In this document: one piece after another, positions 62,307-64,000 of the stretch | How positions within the stretch are numbered: the first letter of the stretch is position 1 | How the letters are laid out: each line of letters starts with the position of its first letter | NCBI GenBank assembly: GCA_964188305.1 | Contig: OZ076889.1 | Length of the DNA stretch: 64,000 nucleotides | Strand: one strand, 5' to 3' | From: Podarcis bocagei | Taxonomy: Eukaryota | The notes under the pieces: model-generated | What the model saw: the letters and a program-made list of their open reading frames with translations, nothing else | The model's database searches: none | What the model was told of the DNA's origin: nothing | Translations under genes and position numbers: made by a program

Positions 62307-62515
62307 CTGCAGACATTGCGGGAAGGAAAGCACAACCATTATTCTAAAAACATATTCCCACCACAGCCTGCACTGAGCTTTTCTGATTTTGAAAGGCACT
62401 AAGTATTCAAGACATTCTAGCATCAGGAATACATGCACTACATGGACTTTCACTTACTAGATATCCGCCCAGATAGCTTAAAAATATTTTTGTTAATAAA
62501 TTGTAATATTGGGCA

Positions 62516-62673
62516 ATAGGAAGCTGCATTATAGTGAGTCTGACTACTGATCCATCAAGGTGTGTACTACAAAGGCAGACCCTCTCCTAACCCTACTTGA
62601 AGATGCTAGGGATTGAATCAGGGATTTTCTGCATTCAAAGCAGATGTCCTACCAATGAGCCACAGCCCTTCCC
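62516..62673 (-). mobile_element. tRNA-derived squamate SINE (Squam3-like), decayed
   Basis: Reverse-complement similarity to 49270-49428 (ggaagctgcattatagtgagtc ... ttctgcattcaaagcagatg...ctaccaatgagc). Confidence 0.6.
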
Positions 62674-62888
62674 ATCAATGAAAATGAGATTATTTTAAAT
62701 TAAAGGGATAAAATTTCTACACTGGCTAATTTGAACCTTTGCTCTGTTGAATATATTGTCAACTGATGGTTCCGCAACAGTGTAAAAGGGAACCTTTTCT
62801 ACACCTTTTAAATGTGAAAATAGGTACAAAAAGTAAGAGGTATGGTGGTCATATTTAGTAAGACATGTGAAAAATATGAATTTCTTAC

Positions 62889-62983
62889 CTTTCAGTTCAT
62901 CTCTAGCAAAAAAGGCAGCAAGACAATCTTGTAAGGTTACTGTTGGACCCCAAAACCAGCTAGGAACACATGAGACAACAAAC
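62889..62983 (-). CDS. USP33: USP33 coding exon (with internal alternative acceptor at 62959)
   Basis: tttcag|G TTT...AAA G|gtaaga. Reads (R)[31 protein letters not shown]. 95 nt. Confidence 0.96.
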
Positions 62984-63074
62984 CTGAAACATCATTGACA
63001 AAAAAACAGCAAATGTTCTGCCAGTACAGCAGAAACATCAGTTTAAAATGTTCAAGCAATGCAAAGAAACAAAC

Positions 63075-63247
63075 CTTTTGAAGTATTCCATGAAAAAGGC
63101 TATCCAGCCCTGAGGAGCATATGCTTCACCACAAGAGCCTGCCTTGATAAGAGAGGTCTGATGACTTGCCGAATGCAGCTTAGCAAGGTCTTCCTTGCCT
63201 GGAATAGGCAATGACAAGTCCTGGAAAGTCTCCAGGGTCACTGACAC
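63075..63247 (-). CDS. USP33: USP33 coding exon (USP domain insert)
   Basis: caatag|GTG...AAA AG|gtttgt. Reads [57 protein letters not shown]. 173 nt. Confidence 0.97.
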
Positions 63248-63908
63248 CTATTGCCAAACCAAAGGGAAGATGATTAGGCTAACACCACCTTCTTTTTAAT
63301 TGACCCAATAAAATTATATTATTTTAAATTATCAACATTAAATTCCACTTGTGGCTAATTACAGTGCTTTGCTCCAATAATACCACTAGATGGCAAACTA
63401 CAGGCAATTACAGGTAACTTACAACCTTCACGCATATAACTTGTGCACATTCAGCTTTACGTACTTGGCAATTTAAAAAAAAAACTTTAAAAGGGAGCGG
63501 ACTTCCAGGAAAAAAGACTTTGGCATTCCCATTCATAACCCAATGTGTTTTGAGTATACACAATTTTGGTTTTAGGCACTATGCCTGGAATGTAACCCCA
63601 AAGTAAATTGAGAATTGCCTGGATGCATCCACTGTAAAGTACTACAGTACTATGTGAACATGAAAATTAACAGTAGCTGCTTGGGACTAAACTAAGCTGA
63701 AAAAGCTATTAAGAACAGGAAACAGACCGGCCTAAAACTATGAGGAAATCCGAACTAGAATAATCCAGGAACTGTTTGCATATTTCAAGTGGATGAATAA
63801 ATATATTCATGCTTCATTTTTAACAACTTCTTTTACCATATAAGGGAAGAAAACTTACACAAGTACTAACGCTGTATGTAGCAACATTTATTTTATCCCT
63901 TCACTTAC

Positions 63909-64000
63909 CCGGTCACATGTTAGACATTGTACTGAACTTATGATCGTCCCATCAAATATGTCAGAAATAACACTTCTGAATTTTTTGTGTTTCTTCTTTT
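63909..64000 (-). CDS. USP33: USP33 coding exon (truncated by window edge)
   Basis: Reads [30 protein letters not shown] with donor CGG|gtaagt at 63909/63908. Confidence 0.96.

Overview
This is vertebrate genomic DNA from a squamate reptile; the repeat content suggests a lacertid lizard, which is an inference. It is the conserved AK5 - ZZZ3 - USP33 syntenic block. The + strand carries the last two coding exons of AK5 (stop at 1366-1368). The - strand carries the complete coding sequence of ZZZ3 (11 GT-AG coding exons, 28065 to 5968, 2724 nt, 907 aa, SANT/Myb-like and ZZ-finger domains) and its CpG-island promoter at about 42.6-43.8 kb. It also carries the last 13 coding exons of USP33 (window edge to stop at 50674). 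All exon phases were checked by hand and join in frame. Introns are rich in non-autonomous DNA transposons (TA-flanked Tc1/mariner-type MITEs and hAT MITEs with 8-bp TSDs), L2/RTE LINE fragments, tRNA-derived SINEs and one Penelope-like hairpin. There is a 228-N gap. I found no prokaryote-type system, CRISPR array or unknown protein-coding gene. The best leads are: degenerate catalytic LID residues in AK5 domain 2; a retained 24-nt alternative acceptor and an unusual His-box loop in USP33; MITE families with the same arms but different internal repeat cargo; a Penelope hairpin with half a hammerhead motif; a candidate poison exon and overlapping uORFs in ZZZ3; and multi-layer nested insertions. 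Orthologue comparisons are from recalled sequences and need confirmation by alignment.
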